64,000 bases of DNA from an uncultured Phycisphaerales bacterium. Lineage in GTDB: Bacteria > Planctomycetota > Phycisphaerae > Tepidisphaerales > Tepidisphaeraceae. Every line of letters begins with the position of its first letter. The first letter of the stretch is position 1. Where the stretch lies: positions 1,024,001 to 1,088,000 of the forward strand of contig CAVWVQ010000003.1 of the NCBI GenBank assembly GCA_963758525.1. The letters are read 5' to 3'. A program made the position numbers and the translations under genes. Below the pieces are notes generated by a model. It was not told the origin of the DNA. It saw nothing but the letters and a program-made list of their open reading frames with translations, and did not search any database. This document shows, in pieces, positions 1 to 10,702 of the stretch.

Positions 1-1
1 C

Positions 2-3000
2 GGCAACACCGTCTATAACAACGTCACCACCGGCATTCAGGGCAACAATAACGTTCTGATCACCGGCAATACCGTCTACGGCCAGAGCGGCGTCAACGCC
101 AGCGGCATCTCCCTCACCAGCGGCGCCAAAGCCCTCTCCAACGTCGTCTACCTCAACTACAACGGCATCGTCGAAGCCAACGACAGCGGCGGCCTGATCC
201 AGGGCAACCGGGTCTACGCCAACTCCAACGCCGGCATCTACTCGCAGAACGACACGGTGAATGCCAACACCGTCTATTCCAACGGGATCGGCATCTACGC
301 CGGCTACTACTACGGCGGGGGCGTGGTGGAAAACAACCTCGACTACGCCAACAGCACCGCCGCCCTGCAGATCAGCGGCAACAGTGGCAATCCAGGGAGT
401 GGCGTGCAGGTGCTGAACAACACCTTCTACCAGATCGTCGGCGATGCCATCGACGTGCTGGCTGGCGCCAGCAGCACCAACATCCAGAACAACATCCTGC
501 AGGTCAACGCGGGCTACGACCTCAACGTCGATCCCTCCAGCGAAGTCGGATTCAACAGCGATTACAATGACCTGTTCACGGGCACGGACCCTCGCGCTCA
601 AATCGGGTACTGGGGATACACTGCGTACGCGACGCTCGCAGCCTGGAAGACGATCTCCAACGGCGATGCGCACAGTATTTCAGCCGATCCGAAATGGGAG
701 AACATCAGCGGCGCGGACAGCGTGTTGGGATACAGCACCGTCAACGGAGGCTACGACGGCGGCCTCGATGACAACTTTTATCTCGCCGCCAAGTCGCCGG
801 CGATCGATATCGGGGACAGTTGGGGCGCGCCTCACACCGACTTCAGCGGGTTTCCGCGTTCCGACGATCCGGGGACGACAAACCACGGGACGCCGGATTA
901 TTTCGAGACGGATCTCGGCAGCCGCACCCTGGCGTTCACGGGAACGGCCCAGGGTTGGCAGAGCAGCGACAGCTACTGGTCGATGGCGTTGCCCTTCGCA
1001 TTCCCGTTCTACGGCGGGTCCTATTCAAGCGTGTTCGTATCATCGCGCGGCCTGCTGCAGTTTGCAGGAAGCGATTGGCCTGGCGACCCAACCAACAGCG
1101 TGAGCTCTCTGGCGTCTGCCGTGCGGATCGCGCCGCTGTGGGCGAATATCGGAACCGATGGCGCCGGCGACGACATCTACGTGGACAGCTCAGTCACAGG
1201 GCAAGTCACGATCGCCTGGAAAGCCACGAATGAGACGGACGGCACACCAGTGAATTTCTCCGCGACGCTGTTTAGTGACGGCCACTTGAAGTTTACCTAT
1301 GGAAGCGGCAACACGAACCTCAATCCGACGATTGGCATATCGGCCGGGAACAATCAGACGTATGCAGTTTCAAAATACAACGGCCAATCGAGCCTGACGA
1401 ACGCGGATGCCGTTCAGTTCAAGACGGCGGCGGGAATCGTTGACCTTGGCGCATTCGAGTTCCAGGGCAACAGTTCCAACACCACGCCCGTGACCATCAG
1501 CGCGACCACTCCCAGCGGCATCCAAACGGGAAACATCAATCCGGTCAGCCAGATCGGCCTGACGCTCACTGAAGCCGTGAACCCGATTGACGCGACCGCG
1601 CCGGCGGAATATGAACTTCGCGGCGCGGGCGCCGACGGACTTTTCGGGACCGCCGACGACACTGTCTATGCATTGACGCCCACGTACATTGCGAACTCCA
1701 ATCAGATTACGCTGAACGTGAACAAAGGCACGCTCGCGGGCGGCATGTATCGTTTGACCGCCTACTCGACCACGGCGGCGAGCCTGCACGACATCAACGG
1801 CCTGATGCTCGATGGCGACGCCAATGGAACCGCGGGCGGAAACTACGTCCGGACATTCACTGTAAAGACCCTGGCGGCGACGACGACAACACTGAGCAAG
1901 AGCTCGACGACCACGCTCAAATTCGGCCAAAGCGTGACCTTCACAGCGACGGTGGCCGGGACCGGGGGAACACCCACCGGCACTGTTACTTTCGAGGACG
2001 GCACGACGGTGCTGGGCACCGGCATGCTGAGCAACGGCATCGCGACGTTCGCCACCACGACGCTCCCGTTAGGCAGCAACTCGATCAAGGCGCTCTATGG
2101 CGGCGACACAAACTTCACGACCAGCACGTCCAACGCTCTCAGTCAGACTGTCAATCAGGCGGCGACGACCGCGATCGTCAGCGGCGCGCCCAGCGTGTTT
2201 GGTCAGAGCGCGACGTTTACCGCAACGGTCAACGCCGTCAGCCCCGGCGCCGGAACGCCAACTGGCGTGATCACCTTCAAGGACGGATCGACGGTCCTTG
2301 GAACCGGCACGCTCAGCGGCGGCGTCGCAACACTGGCCGTCAGTTCACTCGGTGTTGGAAGCCATTCGATCACCGCTGTCTACGGCGGCGACGCTGACTT
2401 TACCGCCAGCACGTCCCCCGCGTTTGCTCAGTCAGTCAGCCAGGCAGCGACGACCGCCACGCTGACCAAGAATACAACCGCCGCCATCAAGTTCGGACAG
2501 AGCGTGACGTTTACGGCAAAGCTCGCCGCCGTCAGCCCCGGCGCCGGAACGCCGACCGGCACGATCACGTTCATGGACGGATCGACCACGATCGGAACCG
2601 GCACGCTCAGCAACGGCGTTGCCACCCTGACAAGCACCACGCTCCCGGCGGGGAGCAACTCGATCAAGGCCGTCTACGGCGGCGACACCAACTTCATCGC
2701 CAGCACATCCAACGCGCTGAGCCAGACGGTCACCCAGACTCAGGGGGCAAGCTCCACGACGTTGACCGCCAGCACCAGCGCTGCGATCACCTTCGGACAA
2801 AGCATTACCTTCACGGCGACGCTCGCCCCCGTGAGTCCCGCGACCGGCACGCCAACCGGCACGGTGATGTTCGAGGACGGCGCTGTCGTACTGGGAACCG
2901 GAACGCTCGCCTCCGGAATCGCAACGTTCGCCACCAGTTCGCTGAGCGCGGGCAGCCATTCCATTACCGCCGTCTATGGTGGGGATTCCAACTTCACCAC

Positions 3001-6000
3001 CAGCACGTCCAGTGCGTTTGCGGAGACCGTCACCCAGTCCGCGTCTACGGCCGTATTGACCAAGAGCACGACGACTTCCATCAAGTTTGGACAGCCGGTG
3101 ACGTTGACTGCGACACTCGCCGCCGTCAGTCCCGGCGCGGGTGCGCCAACAGGCACAGTCACCTTCGTGGACGGATCGACCGTTCTCGGGACCGGGACGC
3201 TCAGCGGCGGAATTGCAACCCTGATGACCACGACCCTGCCGACGGGCAGCAACTCCATCAAGGCGGTCTACGGCGGAGATGCCAACTTCACGACGAGCAC
3301 GTCCAACTCCCTCAGCCAGACCGTTACACAGGCGGCGACGACCACAACATTGACCAAGAACGTCAACGTCGCCATCAAGTACGGACAGCCCGTGACGTTG
3401 ACTGCGACACTTGCCGCGGCGAGTCCCGGCGCGGGTACGCCAACAGGCACAGTCACGTTCCAGGCGGGAAGCACCATTCTCGGAACCGCTTCCCTCAGCA
3501 ACGGCGTCGCAACCTTGACGACTACGACGATTCCCGCCGGCAGCGATTCAATCAAGGCGGTATACAGCGGAGACGCCAACTTCACGACAAGCACGTCCAA
3601 TTCTCTCACCCAGACCGTGGCGCAGGCGGCGACGACCACGACCTTGACCAAGAACGTCAACGTCCCCATCAAGTACGGACAGCCCGTGACGCTGACGGCG
3701 ACACTTGCCGCGGTGAGTCCCGGCGCGGGTACGCCAACGGGCACAGTCACGTTCCAGACTGGAAGCACCGTTCTCGGAACCGCTTCGCTCAGCAACGGCG
3801 TCGCAACCTTGACGACCACGACGATTTCCCCGGGCAGCAACTCCATCAAGGCGGTCTACGGCGGAGATGCCAACTTCACGACGAGCACGTCCAATTCCCT
3901 CAGCCAGACAGTTACGCAGGCGGCGAGCAGCGCCACGGCGGGCGGAACCTCCGGCGTTTTCGGCCAAACCCTGACGTTGACGGCAACACTCGCCGCCGTC
4001 AGCCCCGGCACTGGGTCGCCGACGGGCACGGTCACCTTCAAGGACGGATCGACGGTCCTTGGAACCGGCACGCTCGGCGGCGGCGTCGCAACACTGGCCG
4101 TCAGTTCACTCGGTGTTGGAAGCCATTCGATCACCGCTGTCTACGGCGGCGACGCTGACTTTACCGCCAGCACGTCCCCCGCGTTTGCTCAGTCGGTCAG
4201 CCAGGCAGCGACGACCGCCACGCTGACCAAGAATACAACCGCCGCCATCAAGTTCGGACAGAGCGTGACGTTTACGGCAAAGCTCGCCGCCGTCAGCCCC
4301 GGCGCCGGAACGCCGACCGGCACGATCACGTTCATGGACGGATCGACCACGATCGGAACCGGCACGCTCAGCAACGGCGTTGCCACCCTGACAAGCACCA
4401 CGCTCCCGGCGGGGAGCAACTCGATCAAGGCCGTCTACGGCGGCGACACCAACTTCATCGCCAGCACATCCAACGCGCTGAGCCAGACGGTCACTCAGAC
4501 GCTGGCGGCGGCAACCACCACACTGAGCGAAAGCACCGGCGCGATCAAGTTCGGTCAGAGCGTCATCTTTACTGCAACGCTGGCCCCCGTGAGTCCCGCG
4601 ACAGGGACGCCCACGGGCACTGTCACGTTCAAGGATGGCGCGGTCGTGTTGGGAAGCGGAACACTCAGCGGCGGAATCGCAACATTCACCACCAGCTCGC
4701 TGAGCGTGGGCAGCCATTCCATTACCGCCGTCTACGGCGGCGATCCCAGCTTCGCCTCGAGCACTTCCAGTGCGCTTGCGGAGACTGTCGCCCAGTCGGC
4801 GTCGACTGCCGTATTGACCAAGAGCACGACAACCGCCATCAAGTTCGGACAGCCGGTGACGCTGACGGCGACACTTGCGGCCGTGAGCCCCGGCGGCGGC
4901 ACGCCGACCGGCGCGGTCACCTTCCAGGATGGATCGACCGTTCTCGGAACCGGGACGCTCAGCAGCGGCATCGCAACCTTGACAACCGCGACGATTCCCA
5001 CGGGCAGCAACTCGATCAAGGCGGTCTACGGCGGAGATACCAACTTCACCGCCAGCACCTCCAATTCTCTCAGCCAGACCGTGACGCAGGCGGCAAGCAC
5101 TGTGACGGTGAGCGGCGTGCCCGGCGTGTTCGGGCAGAACGTGACGCTGACGGCAACGCTCACTGCCGTGAGCCCCAGCACCGGCACCCCGACCGGCGTC
5201 GTCACCTTCAAAGACGCAAGCACCGTGCTTGGAACCGGAACACTCAGCGGCGGCGTTGCGACGTTTGCCTCCAACGCGCTGAGCATCGGCAGCCATTCGA
5301 TCACCGCCGTCTACGCCGGCGACACCAACTTCACCGCCAGCACGTCGGGCGCCTTCAACCAGGCGATCTCGCAGGCGGGGACGACCACCGCGTTGACCAA
5401 GAGTGCGACTGCGTCCCTTAGGTTCGGCCAGAGCGTGACGTTCACGGCGACGATCGCCGTGGTGACCCCCGGCGCCGGAACGCCTACCGGCGTCGTCACT
5501 TTCATGGACGGCGCGACCGCACTCGGAACCGGTACGCTCAGCAACGGGATTGCCACCCTCACGACCGCGACGCTCCCGACCGGCAGCAATTCCATCACGG
5601 CCGTCTACGGCGGCGACAGCAACTTCCTCGTAAGCATGTCCAATGCCCTTGCCCAGACCGTCACCCAGGCGGCAACGACCACCACGCTGACCAAAAACAC
5701 CACCGCGGCCGTCAAGTTCGGCACGAGCGTGACGTTCACCGCGACGCTCGCCGCCGTGAGTCCCGGCTCCGGCATGCCGACGGGCATCGTTACTTTCGAG
5801 GATGGAACCACCGTTCTCGGCACCGGGACGCTCAGCAACGGCGTGGTGACCTTCACGAGCACCCAACTCCCAACCGGCAGCAACTCGATCAAGGCCGCCT
5901 ATGGCGGCGACACGAATTTCACCGCCAGCACCTCCAGCGCTTTGAGCCAGACGGTGACGAAATCGGGGTCGACCACGACGCTCAGTGGCGTGCCGGGTGT

Positions 6001-7708
6001 CTTCGGTCAAAGTGTGACGCTTACTGCGATGGTGACGGCAGTGTCTCCCGGCACCGGCACGGCCAGCGGCACTGTTACATTCGAGGATGGGACGACCGTG
6101 CTCGGCAGCGGCACTCTCAGCGGCGGCATCGCCACCTTCGCAGTCAGTTCGCTGAGTCTTGGCACTCATTCGATCACCGCGGTCTATGGCGGGGACGCCA
6201 ACTTTACCGCCAGCACCTCAAGTCCTTTCTCCCAGATCATCCAGTCGGCATCGACCACCACGCTGACCAAGAGCACTACTGGCGTGGTCAGGTACGGTCA
6301 GAGCGTCACCTTCACGGCGACACTTGCCGCAGTGAGTCCCGGCGTCGGGACGCCAACGGGCGCGGTCACCTTCAAGGACGGCACGATTGTTCTTGGCGCC
6401 GGCACGCTCAGCGGCGGCATCGCTGCCTTGACGACCACCACCATTCCCGCAGGGAGCAATTCGATCACGGCTGTCTACGGCGGCGACACGACCTTTGCCG
6501 CCAGCACGTCCAATGCACTGAGCCAGACCGTCACGCAGGCGGCAACGACGACGACGTTGACCAAGAACGTCAACGTCGCCATCAAGTTTGGACAGCCGGT
6601 GACGCTGACGGCGACACTTGCGGCCGTGAGCCCCGGCGGCGGCACGCCGACCGGCGCGGTCACCTTCGAGGATGGATCGACCGTTCTCGGAACCGGGACG
6701 CTCAGCAGCGGCATCGCAACCTTGACAACCGCGACGATTCCCACGGGCAGCAACTCGATCAAGGCGGTCTACGGCGGAGATACCAACTTCACCGCCAGCA
6801 CCTCCAATTCTCTCAGCCAGACCGTGACGCAGGCGGCAAGCACTGTGACGGTGAGCGGCGTGCCCGGCGTGTTCGGGCAGAACGTGACGCTGACGGCAAC
6901 GCTCACTGCCGTGAGCCCCAGCACCGGCACCCCGACCGGCGTCGTCACCTTCAAAGACGTAAGCACCGTGCTTGGAACCGGAACACTCAGCGGCGGCGTT
7001 GCGACGTTTGCCTCCAACGCGCTGAGCATCGGCAGCCATTCGATCACCGCCGTCTACGCCGGCGACACCAACTTCACCGCCAGCACGTCGGGCGCCTTCA
7101 ACCAGGCGATCTCGCAGGCGGGGACGACCACCGCGTTGACCAAGAGTGCGACTGCGTCCCTTAGGTTCGGCCAGAGCGTGACGTTCACGGCGACGATCGC
7201 CGTGGTGACCCCCGGCGCCGGAACGCCTACCGGCGTCGTCACTTTCATGGACGGCGCGACCGCACTCGGAACCGGTACGCTCAGCAACGGGATTGCCACC
7301 CTCACGACCGCGACGCTCCCGACCGGCAGCAATTCCATCACGGCCGTCTACGGCGGCGACAGCAACTTCCTCGTAAGCATGTCCAATGCCCTTGCCCAGA
7401 CCGTCACCCAGGCGGCAACGACCACCACGCTGACCAAAAACACCACCGCGGCCGTCAAGTTCGGCACGAGCGTGACGTTCACCGCGACGCTCGCCGCCGT
7501 GAGTCCCGGCTCCGGCATGCCGACGGGCATCGTTACTTTCGAGGATGGAACCACCGTTCTCGGCACCGGGACGCTCAGCAACGGCGTGGTGACCTTCACG
7601 AGCACCCAACTCCCAACCGGCAGCAACTCGATCAAGGCCGCCTATGGCGGCGACACGAATTTCACCGCCAGCACGTCGGGGACACTCAGTCAGACGGTGA
7701 CGTCCTGA
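2..7708 (+). CDS. Giant surface protein/adhesin, 5'-partial: parallel beta-helix repeats, a NIDO-like segment, then 20 bacterial Ig-like (Big_3-type) repeats
   Basis: The frame is open from base 2 (GNTVYNNVTTGIQGNN...), upstream of the track start at 257. Beta-helix-type N/G-rich repeats are followed by 20 ~97-aa repeats (TVTFxDGxTVLGTGTLSxG...SITAVYGGDxNF), counted by their Y[GAS]GD motifs. The stop is at 7706-7708. Confidence 0.9.
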   Translation, partial: GNTVYNNVTTGIQGNNNVLITGNTVYGQSGVNASGISLTSGAKALSNVVYLNYNGIVEANDSGGLIQGNRVYANSNAGIYSQNDTVNANTVYSNGIGIYAGYYYGGGVVENNLDYANSTAALQISGNSGNPGSGVQVLNNTFYQIVGDAIDVLAGASSTNIQNNILQVNAGYDLNVDPSSEVGFNSDYNDLFTGTDPRAQIGYWGYTAYATLAAWKTISNGDAHSISADPKWENISGADSVLGYSTVNGGYDGGLDDNFYLAAKSPAIDIGDSWGAPHTDFSGFPRSDDPGTTNHGTPDYFETDLGSRTLAFTGTAQGWQSSDSYWSMALPFAFPFYGGSYSSVFVSSRGLLQFAGSDWPGDPTNSVSSLASAVRIAPLWANIGTDGAGDDIYVDSSVTGQVTIAWKATNETDGTPVNFSATLFSDGHLKFTYGSGNTNLNPTIGISAGNNQTYAVSKYNGQSSLTNADAVQFKTAAGIVDLGAFEFQGNSSNTTPVTISATTPSGIQTGNINPVSQIGLTLTEAVNPIDATAPAEYELRGAGADGLFGTADDTVYALTPTYIANSNQITLNVNKGTLAGGMYRLTAYSTTAASLHDINGLMLDGDANGTAGGNYVRTFTVKTLAATTTTLSKSSTTTLKFGQSVTFTATVAGTGGTPTGTVTFEDGTTVLGTGMLSNGIATFATTTLPLGSNSIKALYGGDTNFTTSTSNALSQTVNQAATTAIVSGAPSVFGQSATFTATVNAVSPGAGTPTGVITFKDGSTVLGTGTLSGGVATLAVSSLGVGSHSITAVYGGDADFTASTSPAFAQSVSQAATTATLTKNTTAAIKFGQSVTFTAKLAAVSPGAGTPTGTITFMDGSTTIGTGTLSNGVATLTSTTLPAGSNSIKAVYGGDTNFIASTSNALSQTVTQTQGASSTTLTASTSAAITFGQSITFTATLAPVSPATGTPTGTVMFEDGAVVLGTGTLASGIATFATSSLSAGSHSITAVYGGDSNFTTSTSSAFAETVTQSASTAVLTKSTTTSIKFGQPVTLTATLAAVSPGAGAPTGTVTFVDGSTVLGTGTLSGGIATLMTTTLPTGSNSIKAVYGGDANFTTSTSNSLSQTVTQAATTTTLTKNVNVAIKYGQPVTLTATLAAASPGAGTPTGTVTFQAGSTILGTASLSNGVATLTTTTIPAGSDSIKAVYSGDANFTTSTSNSLTQTVAQAATTTTLTKNVNVPIKYGQPVTLTATLAAVSPGAGTPTGTVTFQTGSTVLGTASLSNGVATLTTTTISPGSNSIKAVYGGDANFTTSTSNSLSQTVTQAASSATAGGTSGVFGQTLTLTATLAAVSPGTGSPTGTVTFKDGSTVLGTGTLGGGVATLAVSSLGVGSHSITAVYGGDADFTASTSPAFAQSVSQAATTATLTKNTTAAIKFGQSVTFTAKLAAVSPGAGTPTGTITFMDGSTTIGTGTLSNGVATLTSTTLPAGSNSIKAVYGGDTNFIASTSNALSQTVTQTLAAATTTLSESTGAIKFGQSVIFTATLAPVSPATGTPTGTVTFKDGAVVLGSGTLSGGIATFTTSSLSVGSHSITAVYGGDPSFASSTSSALAETVAQSASTAVLTKSTTTAIKFGQPVTLTATLAAVSPGGGTPTGAVTFQDGSTVLGTGTLSSGIATLTTATIPTGSNSIKAVYGGDTNFTASTSNSLSQTVTQAASTVTVSGVPGVFGQNVTLTATLTAVSPSTGTPTGVVTFKDASTVLGTGTLSGGVATFASNALSIGSHSITAVYAGDTNFTASTSGAFNQAISQAGTTTALTKSATASLRFGQSVTFTATIAVVTPGAGTPTGVVTFMDGATALGTGTLSNGIATLTTATLPTGSNSITAVYGGDSNFLVSMSNALAQTVTQAATTTTLTKNTTAAVKFGTSVTFTATLAAVSPGSGMPTGIVTFEDGTTVLGTGTLSNGVVTFTSTQLPTGSNSIKAAYGGDTNFTASTSSALSQTVTKSGSTTTLSGVPGVFGQSVTLTAMVTAVSPGTGTASGTVTFEDGTTVLGSGTLSGGIATFAVSSLSLGTHSITAVYGGDANFTASTSSPFSQIIQSASTTTLTKSTTGVVRYGQSVTFTATLAAVSPGVGTPTGAVTFKDGTIVLGAGTLSGGIAALTTTTIPAGSNSITAVYGGDTTFAASTSNALSQTVTQAATTTTLTKNVNVAIKFGQPVTLTATLAAVSPGGGTPTGAVTFEDGSTVLGTGTLSSGIATLTTATIPTGSNSIKAVYGGDTNFTASTSNSLSQTVTQAASTVTVSGVPGVFGQNVTLTATLTAVSPSTGTPTGVVTFKDVSTVLGTGTLSGGVATFASNALSIGSHSITAVYAGDTNFTASTSGAFNQAISQAGTTTALTKSATASLRFGQSVTFTATIAVVTPGAGTPTGVVTFMDGATALGTGTLSNGIATLTTATLPTGSNSITAVYGGDSNFLVSMSNALAQTVTQAATTTTLTKNTTAAVKFGTSVTFTATLAAVSPGSGMPTGIVTFEDGTTVLGTGTLSNGVVTFTSTQLPTGSNSIKAAYGGDTNFTASTSGTLSQTVTS
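1870..7705 (+). repeat. Intragenic tandem array of 20 Ig-like repeat units (~290 bp each) with two near-identical block duplications
   Basis: ~2270-2735 recurs at ~4031-4496 (offset 1761), and ~4835-5930 recurs at ~6578-7673 (offset 1743). The same offsets appear between matching antisense ORFs in the track. Confidence 0.92.
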
Positions 7709-7727
7709 TTCCAATTCGTCTGGCAAA

Positions 7728-8474
7728 CTACGTCAGGTCGGGCTCTTTGGAGGAGGCTAATCCGTTTTTTGCCGTAGCCGGAACACGGCAGAGCACCTGG
7801 TATTGCGCTCCAAGAGGAAGCCGGGACAATGCGGGTTCCAGGGCGCGCAGCGGCGCGAGCTGGCGGGGGAAGATGAACATGAAGTCGGTGCGGAGGATCT
7901 CGAAACCGGCGGTGCGCAACATGCGGCGGGTTTCAAAGATGTTGAGCGTGATCGCGTCGCGGTCGAAGGGGATGCGCTTCATCACCATGCGGGTGCCGGG
8001 GTTCCAGGGGTTGTTCTCCCAGAGGGCGAAAATGCCGCCGGGCTTGATCTGCTGGAAAACGCTGGCGACGACGCCCTTTCGATCGGCGGGGGGAATGTGA
8101 TGGAAGGTGCCATTCGAATAGGCGATGTCCGCGGCGAGGTCAGCGGGAGCGTGCTCGGGCTGATACGTCTGCGCCCAGGGGTTCTCGTTGCGGGCAATCT
8201 CCAGCGCGGCAGCGGAGACGTCGATGCCGATGACGGCGCCGGCAGCGAGCACGCGGCGGAGGGTTGCGAAGGCCGCGCCCGTGCCGCAGCCGAAGTCGAG
8301 CACGCGAGGTTTTGGCACGGTGCACTTCAGGCGATCGAGGCAACGCTTCAGCCAGGTGACGCGGCCTTCGATGAAGTAGTCCTTCGGCTCACCGGAAAGA
8401 GACAGCCCCTTGTTCAAAGCGGCATCATAGTCCGCGGCGAAGGAGTCGAACTCGGTGGGTATGGGTGCGTGCAT
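7728..8474 (-). CDS. Class I SAM-dependent methyltransferase
   Basis: VLDFGCGTG motif I, GIDVS motif II, FHHIPP and ENNPWNP segments typical of glycan-locus methyltransferases. Confidence 0.88.
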   Translation of the reverse strand: MHAPIPTEFDSFAADYDAALNKGLSLSGEPKDYFIEGRVTWLKRCLDRLKCTVPKPRVLDFGCGTGAAFATLRRVLAAGAVIGIDVSAAALEIARNENPWAQTYQPEHAPADLAADIAYSNGTFHHIPPADRKGVVASVFQQIKPGGIFALWENNPWNPGTRMVMKRIPFDRDAITLNIFETRRMLRTAGFEILRTDFMFIFPRQLAPLRALEPALSRLPLGAQYQVLCRVPATAKNGLASSKEPDLT

Positions 8475-8646
8475 GAGGCGTTCACTATTTCTTCGGCTCC
8501 CGAGATGCCGAGCATCACCCTGCCCGCTCCAGCAATGGCGGACTCGTCTCCATCAGCGATCCGGTAATATCTTGATTCTGATTCAGAACGGGGTGAGTAT
8601 ATTGCCGTCGACGATGGAATTCCCCTACTGAAACGGTCAGACGAAG

Positions 8647-9273
8647 ATGAGTCTCCTTGACGCGGTGCATGGCGGCTACGTTCACCGGCGACGGGTACGA
8701 GTGCTGTCGCAGCGCCTGTGCGATCTTCTGCCGCAAAACGCCCAGGTGCTCGACATCGGCTGCGGCGACGGGTTGTTGGACGCGGAAATCATGAAACGGC
8801 GTCCGGACGTGAGCATTGAGGGGATCGATCCCCTGGTCCGTGACACTTGCGTGATCCCCATGCAGTGGTTTGACGGCAAAACGATCCCCATGCCCGACGG
8901 CAGCCGCGAGTTTGCCATGTTCGTCGATGTTCTGCATCACGCCAATGATCCGATGATCCTGCTGCGTGAGGCGAGGCGGGTGGCCAGCAGGGCAATCATC
9001 ATCAAAGACCATACGTGCAACGGTTTTTTGGCCCGTCCGAGCTTGCGCGTCATGGATTGGGTGGGCAATTCGCGGCACGGTGTGGACCTGCCCTACAACT
9101 ACTGGGATAAGAGCCGCTGGCGGGAAGCGCTCGACTCCCTTGGCGTAAAGGAAACCGTCTGGGAGCAGGAACTCGGATTGTATCCACCGCCGGCGAACTG
9201 GATTTTCGGAAGATCGCTTCATTTTCTGGCTTACCTGCCGGTGTCGAATGGGCGCGCACGACTTCACGGCTGA
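8647..9273 (+). CDS. Class I SAM-dependent methyltransferase
   Basis: VLDIGCGDG motif I and VDVLHH...LLREARRV post-II region. Confidence 0.88.
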   Translation: MSLLDAVHGGYVHRRRVRVLSQRLCDLLPQNAQVLDIGCGDGLLDAEIMKRRPDVSIEGIDPLVRDTCVIPMQWFDGKTIPMPDGSREFAMFVDVLHHANDPMILLREARRVASRAIIIKDHTCNGFLARPSLRVMDWVGNSRHGVDLPYNYWDKSRWREALDSLGVKETVWEQELGLYPPPANWIFGRSLHFLAYLPVSNGRARLHG

Positions 9274-9308
9274 CACCAGGCTTTGCGCGACCGAGGGCGG
9301 GCGGAACA

Positions 9309-10481
9309 TCAGGTTCGTTTCATTCCGAGCATGCTAACGAAGAAGCTCGAGAGGATTGCCTGGAATCCCAGTGCCGCCAGCGTGAAGCCGGGAATCACGA
9401 TACGCATCGTTGAGGGATAATCGAGATCCCCCCAACCGGCTTGTGCCCAGCGACCGACCGCCCACGCGAGGAAGCCAAGACCGGCAATGAATGAAGAAGC
9501 GCCAGGATCAATCCGCGCTCGAGTGTGGCAACCGCGAAGATGCGATCGTAGGTCGGGTTCCCGGGCAGCAGCCCCTCACTGATCGCGAAGATTTTGGCGG
9601 CGACCGCAAACCAGGCCGCCTGGGCGCCCATGAGCAGCAGCAATGTGGAGACGAGCAGCGTGTGTGCGTCGAAGGTGACGCCGCGGAGATGGACTGCGGG
9701 AATCGCCAGCCCGTAGCCGATCGCGCCCAACAGCATCAGGAAAAGTCCCGGGATGAGAAAGAGCCAGCGCGGGCTGTACATCAGATAGAAGCGGAGCGTC
9801 CGCCAACCGTCCCGGAAGGTTTTCAGATGCGGGGCGTGGGACTTTCGGCCGTCGGGATGGAGCGTGATGGCGACTTCGGTGATGTTCTCCTTATAGATGC
9901 TCGACTTGATGATCATTTCCGTCGCAAACTCCATCCCGGTGCATCGCAGGGCGAGGCGGTCGTAGAGCGTCCTGGTGAACCCGCGCATCCCGCAGTAGAT
10001 GTCGTGAATCGGCGCCTTGAACATGGTGGAGGCCATGATCGAGAACATCGGGTTGCCCCACCAGCGGTGGAGAAATGGCATGGCGCCCGCGCGGACGGTG
10101 CCGCCACCGCGCGGAAGCCGGCAGCCCTGCACCATGTCATACCCTTCGCGCAGGCGAGCGAGGAACTTGGGCGTTTCGAGAAAATCGTAGCTGTCGTCGG
10201 CATCGCCCATGAGAACGTATCGGCCCCGGGCCGCGCTGATGCCTCCCATCAGGGCGTTGCCGTACCCCGCGGCTGCGACCTGCACGACCCGCGCCGAGGC
10301 GCGAGGCAATGTCCTGAGAACCGTCGACGCTGCCGTTGTCGGCAACGATCACTTCACCCGCGATTTGATGCTCGCGCAAAACGCGCATCGCCTTTTCCAC
10401 ACAAATGCCCACAGTGTCTGCCTCGTTGAGACAGGGCATCACGATCGAGAGCTCAACCGCCCCTCCTGAGGAGTCGGCCAT
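9309..10481 (-). CDS. DPM1-like GT2 glycosyltransferase (polyprenol-phosphate sugar synthase) with C-terminal membrane domain; two apparent frameshifts
   Basis: MADSSGGAVELSIVMPCLNEA...ADNGSVDGS is in one frame, GYGNAL...MGDADDSYD in a second (shift ~10290), and the C-terminus GASSFIAGLG...TMRIVIPG...SFFVSMLGMKRT* in a third (shift ~9500, stop at 9309). Confidence 0.8.
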
Positions 10482-10702
10482 GCGCTCTGCGGGAACTTCG
10501 CGGTAGATCGGTTCGATCACGGAAGCGGAGGGAGCTGAAATGGAGCCTTCCCGGGTTATCATATCAATTGGCACAAGTATAACCGCGCACAAGAAAAGAT
10601 GGAAACTCGGGCTCCGCGCAGAGGGGATCGTCCGATAAAACCACTTCAAGACAGCCTGCTGCGTCCGGGTCCAGTCAATCGACACGGAAAAATAGGCGCC
10701 CA

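Noticed and set aside
1870..7705. Possible CRISPR array or DGR template/variable repeat pair
   Set aside because: The units are ~290-bp coding Ig domains. The few differences noticed are not adenine-specific, and there is no reverse transcriptase or cas gene in the window.
1843..7726. Long and periodic antisense ORFs (e.g. 4106..6169, 6218..7726, repeated ~95-aa MIELLP ORFs)
   Set aside because: They are shadows of the GC-rich repeat-coding adhesin on the opposite strand and show no independent protein features.
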